This document shows positions 60,460-64,000 of a stretch of DNA of 64,000 nucleotides, piece by piece. How positions within the stretch are numbered: position 1 is the stretch's first letter; each line of letters begins with the position of its first letter. The translations under genes were made by a program, and so were the position numbers. The notes beneath the pieces are model-generated. The model did not search any database and was not told the DNA's origin. It was given only the letters and a program-made list of their open reading frames with translations. Origin of the DNA: Isurus oxyrinchus (Eukaryota); assembly GCA_026770705.1 (NCBI GenBank), contig JANJGN010000041.1, forward strand, positions 6,262,001 to 6,326,000, read 5' to 3'.

Positions 60460-61730
60460 TCTATCCATTTGAGTAATAAGGCGGTATTATTCTTCCAACC
60501 AAAATGCATAAACTCACTATTCTCCATATTAAACAACATCTAGCAAATGTTGTCCCATTCACCTTACTTGTCCATATCCATTTGTAAATATCTTATATCT
60601 TCATTACAACTTATTCCCCACCTATTTTGGAATTATCTGTAATTTTAGCTATTGTACATTCTATCCCTCAACCAAAGTCATTCATAACGAGTATAAATAG
60701 TTGGGCCCTAGGACCGAACCCATTGGAAACCCAGTAATTACAGCTGGTGTTCGGGAAAAAAAGAACCATTTACCCAGACTCCTTTCTTTCTGTTGGTTAG
60801 CCAATCCTCTCTCCAAGCTAATATAATACCCATGACTTCATGTGATGTACCTTGTGAATTAATCTTTTGTGCAGCTTCTTTTCAAAGGCCTTCTGCAGTG
60901 CAGAAATACAACATCCACAGTATCTCCATTATGCACTTTGTTTGTCACATGTTCCAAAAACTGTAGCAAATTACCCAAACACGAGTTATTTTCATAAAAA
61001 AATGCTGACTCTGTTGGATTTTATTTCGACGTTCCAAATGCCCCGTTAGTAATTCCTTAATAACTGTTTCCAACAATTTCTAAACGATAGATATTAAACT
61101 GGTTTAGAGTTTCCTAATTTCTGCCTCCCCCAATCCTTCTGAATAAGGTCATTATATTAATATTGTTCCAATCCAGTGCAACATTTTTGGAATCCAGGGA
61201 ATTTTGGAACGTAATTACCAATGCTTTCACTATTTCTGCTGCCACCTCCTTTACGACCATTGGATTTAGGTCAACAGGTCCTGGGGACTTGTCACCCTTT
61301 AATCCAAAATGTTTGCTCAGTACGTTTTCTCTAGTTATGGTCATTCTTCTAGGTTCCTGCATCTCTATACCCTCTGCTCTGCCTGTTACGAGTGGTGTGG
61401 CAGTAGTTTCCTCCGCCGTGAAAATTGAGGCAATATATTGAGACTAAACATATAGTGCCTTTTCTATGTTCCCCACTGTTAACTCTCCAGTCCTACCATC
61501 CAACTGACCAACATTCGCGTTTGCTACACTATTTATTTTTATATACTTTTGGAAGAATTTGATATCACTTTTTAAATTTTGCGCTAGTTTACTTTCATAA
61601 TTTTCCTTTGTTATTTTTATTAACTCTTTGTTCGTCTTTATAATGTTCCAAATCTTCCTGCTTGTCACTGACCTTTTCCATTTGGGATGCCTTAATTTTG
61701 GATTTTGTGTTGCCTTTAACTTCCTTGCTT
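60460..61730 (-). mobile_element. CR1 LINE ORF2 remnant
   Basis: KSPGPVDLNPMVVKEVAAEIVKALVITFQNSLDS; KAFEK; ENYESKLAQNLKSD. Confidence 0.88.
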
Positions 61731-62287
61731 AGCCCTGAAAGATTTTTTTCCCACTCTTACCATCATTCTTCCTCATTGGAACGATTGTTCTCTTTATTTT
61801 TGCGATTTGGCCAAGGCATTTTTGATAAGGTATTTGCACACATTTTTGTGACTGAATGTGCTGTCCAGGTTGGTTATTGTTTTACATAATTAGTCTGATC
61901 GTTTTAAACCGAGTAGGGATGAAATGTACCCTTGGCTCCTGCTATGCTGAATCAGTTTTGATTTTTTTTCCCCAATGTTTTTCTCTTCCCGGTAAATTAG
62001 TGATGCTTTTGTTCCTGACACGAAGAAATTGTTATCCCTCAAATTGTATTATTTGCTACCAGAATTGAATGGCAGATACCGAATTCCTGGACGTCATATA
62101 TGTTCCGAAATTAAGGGGAACTTGTCAGGCGAAATTCCCAGATTTATTTGTGTGCAATATTGGCATTCATTGTGTTTCTCTCTTTCTGTTTAAATAACAA
62201 TCACATTTTTTTGCATCACGGTCGCATTTATCAATGATCCGTTAGCGGATATTTGTTGCAAGAAGCATTTCTACCCTTCATGTTCTT

Positions 62288-62580
62288 ATCTTTCTATCTT
62301 TCTATCCATCCACTCATCTATCTATCTATCCAACTATCTATCTATCTATGTATTTATCTATCTATCTATCTTCTCCATATCTATCAACCTATGAATACAT
62401 TTCACTCTCATACTCTCTTGCTCTTTCATTCACACGCTCCATTTCTTGCTCGTTCTGTCTCGCTCTCTCTCTCTCTCCCGCGTACAACTCTCTTTTCTAA
62501 TCAGTGTATCCAGTTGGATATCTGTTTATCTGTGCATCTATATGTCTGCCTATCTGTCTGTCGGTCTGCCTGTCTAACTG
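62288..62580. repeat. Compound (CTAT)n/(CT)n/(CTGT)n microsatellite region
   Basis: Directly visible. Confidence 0.85.
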
Positions 62581-63030
62581 TCATGATGATTGATTCTCCC
62601 GCGACTTCACCATGTGAGTACGTGGCAAAAAAAAAAAGTGGCAGTCTGTTATCACTTGTGACATTAGATCAAGTCAATATTTCAACAATCGATTGCCAAA
62701 TTCTGCATACAATGCCCGTTCAGGTGGAATTAATTAACTTTGCCCTGTCTTCCTTGTCTTTACGTCGCTTGACTCAGTTCTCCACAAATGCTTAAATCAT
62801 TGGATGATTCCTCTATTTGGTTGTGCCAAAGGTTTTCTTATTTCGTTCAGAATCATGTTTTCAAATATATCCTTTCCTGTGGCGGGGATGTTGTTAGATG
62901 GACCACAAGTTATTGCCAGATCCAAATTGCCCTTGAAAAGGCGGAGGTGCCCTACATTCCAGAAATTCTATATTTCATCTGATTGACGTCAGTGGCATTC
63001 CCTCAGTACCTAGAAAAAAGTTCGTCAGGC

Positions 63031-64000
63031 TCAGTGTGAATTCAGATGACTGAGGAGTCCCATTCTGGAGCTACATGTTCTTGATAAAGACGGGCACATT
63101 TTTTTGTGCTGGAGAGTTGAAATCAAAGGCCAAGGTTGGTTCACTTCTCCATGCTGTGCCTTGGCCGTTCCACCACTCTTGAGCCGCTGAGACTCGAAGC
63201 GGTTTTCGATTTGATGCACTGGATGATTCAGGCCGAGTGATCAGCAGCATTCTCCTCCCGCCCCCTGGTTTTAAGACATCCGTGCATTAGGAAAAACTGG
63301 AGATTATACAAACAACGTTCTCTTTGACCGCCCTTTGGACGAGGACTGCTAAGTGGTAGATGCAAGTATGGAAACGCAACCCTTTCCTGAAACATGTGCC
63401 CTACAACCGCCAGATGTCTGCTGCATTTGTACAGGATTTTGGCTGGGTGCCTATAGGCATCAGAGCCTTGCCAAGTCCCCAATCCTCCATGCCTACAGGG
63501 CTTTTCACCTGAAGCATTGTTGTAAACCCATATTTTAGTACCAGGATTCCGGTGTGCCATGTCTATGCTTTTAACGATGCAGGCACACCGGGATGCTTTT
63601 AGTAATGTAGTGTCAGCGTCCCATGTACTGGGATCCAACTTGCAATCTCTGAGCTTAGTTTTCAGATTTCAGACATCCTCTAGTGGAGCTTCCTGTGCTC
63701 ACCGAGTGTGGCGTGTTTGTACGTACGCATTTTCCAGATGAACAGTATGACCTAGCCAGGGAACCGGGGCTCTAATGAACATACTTTTGATGTCAGGCTT
63801 GCTGCACTTTGCAAGTTCATTGGTTTTGCGGATTTTCTCCTGCCAGGAACCGTTGGAAATTCTTCACAGACAGTGATGTTTGAAAGTTTTCATTTGCTTT
63901 CTATGTGGCCGAAAGGTTATGGAAGTCTCGCAATAATATAGAAGTGATATAATAAAAACTGCCTGGAAGGGCTTGATCTTCCATCTGAGGGAAGATTCCA
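63031..64000 (-). mobile_element. RTE-clade LINE 3' remnant(s)
   Basis: FQAVFIISLLYYCET, RPKGGQRER and the terminal zinc knuckle CPSLSRTCSSRMGLLSHLNSH*. Confidence 0.8.

Overview
Vertebrate genomic DNA, almost certainly from a cartilaginous fish (shark-type CR1/L2/Penelope/SINE repertoire), with two N-gaps. Most of the window is decayed transposable elements: several CR1-clade LINEs, a young Penelope insertion with a 12-bp TSD and a hammerhead-like motif, hAT and Harbinger transposase remnants, a Tx1/L1-like remnant, an RTE, and a Gypsy element with Gmr1-type IN-before-RT order. The only apparently intact gene is a two-exon class A GPCR of the GPR139/142-like family (26301-26475 + 29555-30432, 350 aa); a paralogous pseudogene lies at about 53.5-54.3 kb. 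A ~2.35-kb segment carrying an intronless SNRNP27-like pseudogene and a 65-bp minisatellite occurs twice, each copy upstream of a GPCR copy. Two tRNA-Asp-derived pseudogenes share flanks. The most unusual signal is a decayed minus-strand viral-type cassette (about 58.1-60.4 kb): a fusion(F)-glycoprotein-like Env followed directly by an intronless frame with Ig-like motifs and an Env-like tail. A second Env-like fragment may lie at about 40.4-41.0 kb. All protein assignments come from manual translation and remembered family motifs; no searches were run, and boundaries of decayed elements are approximate.
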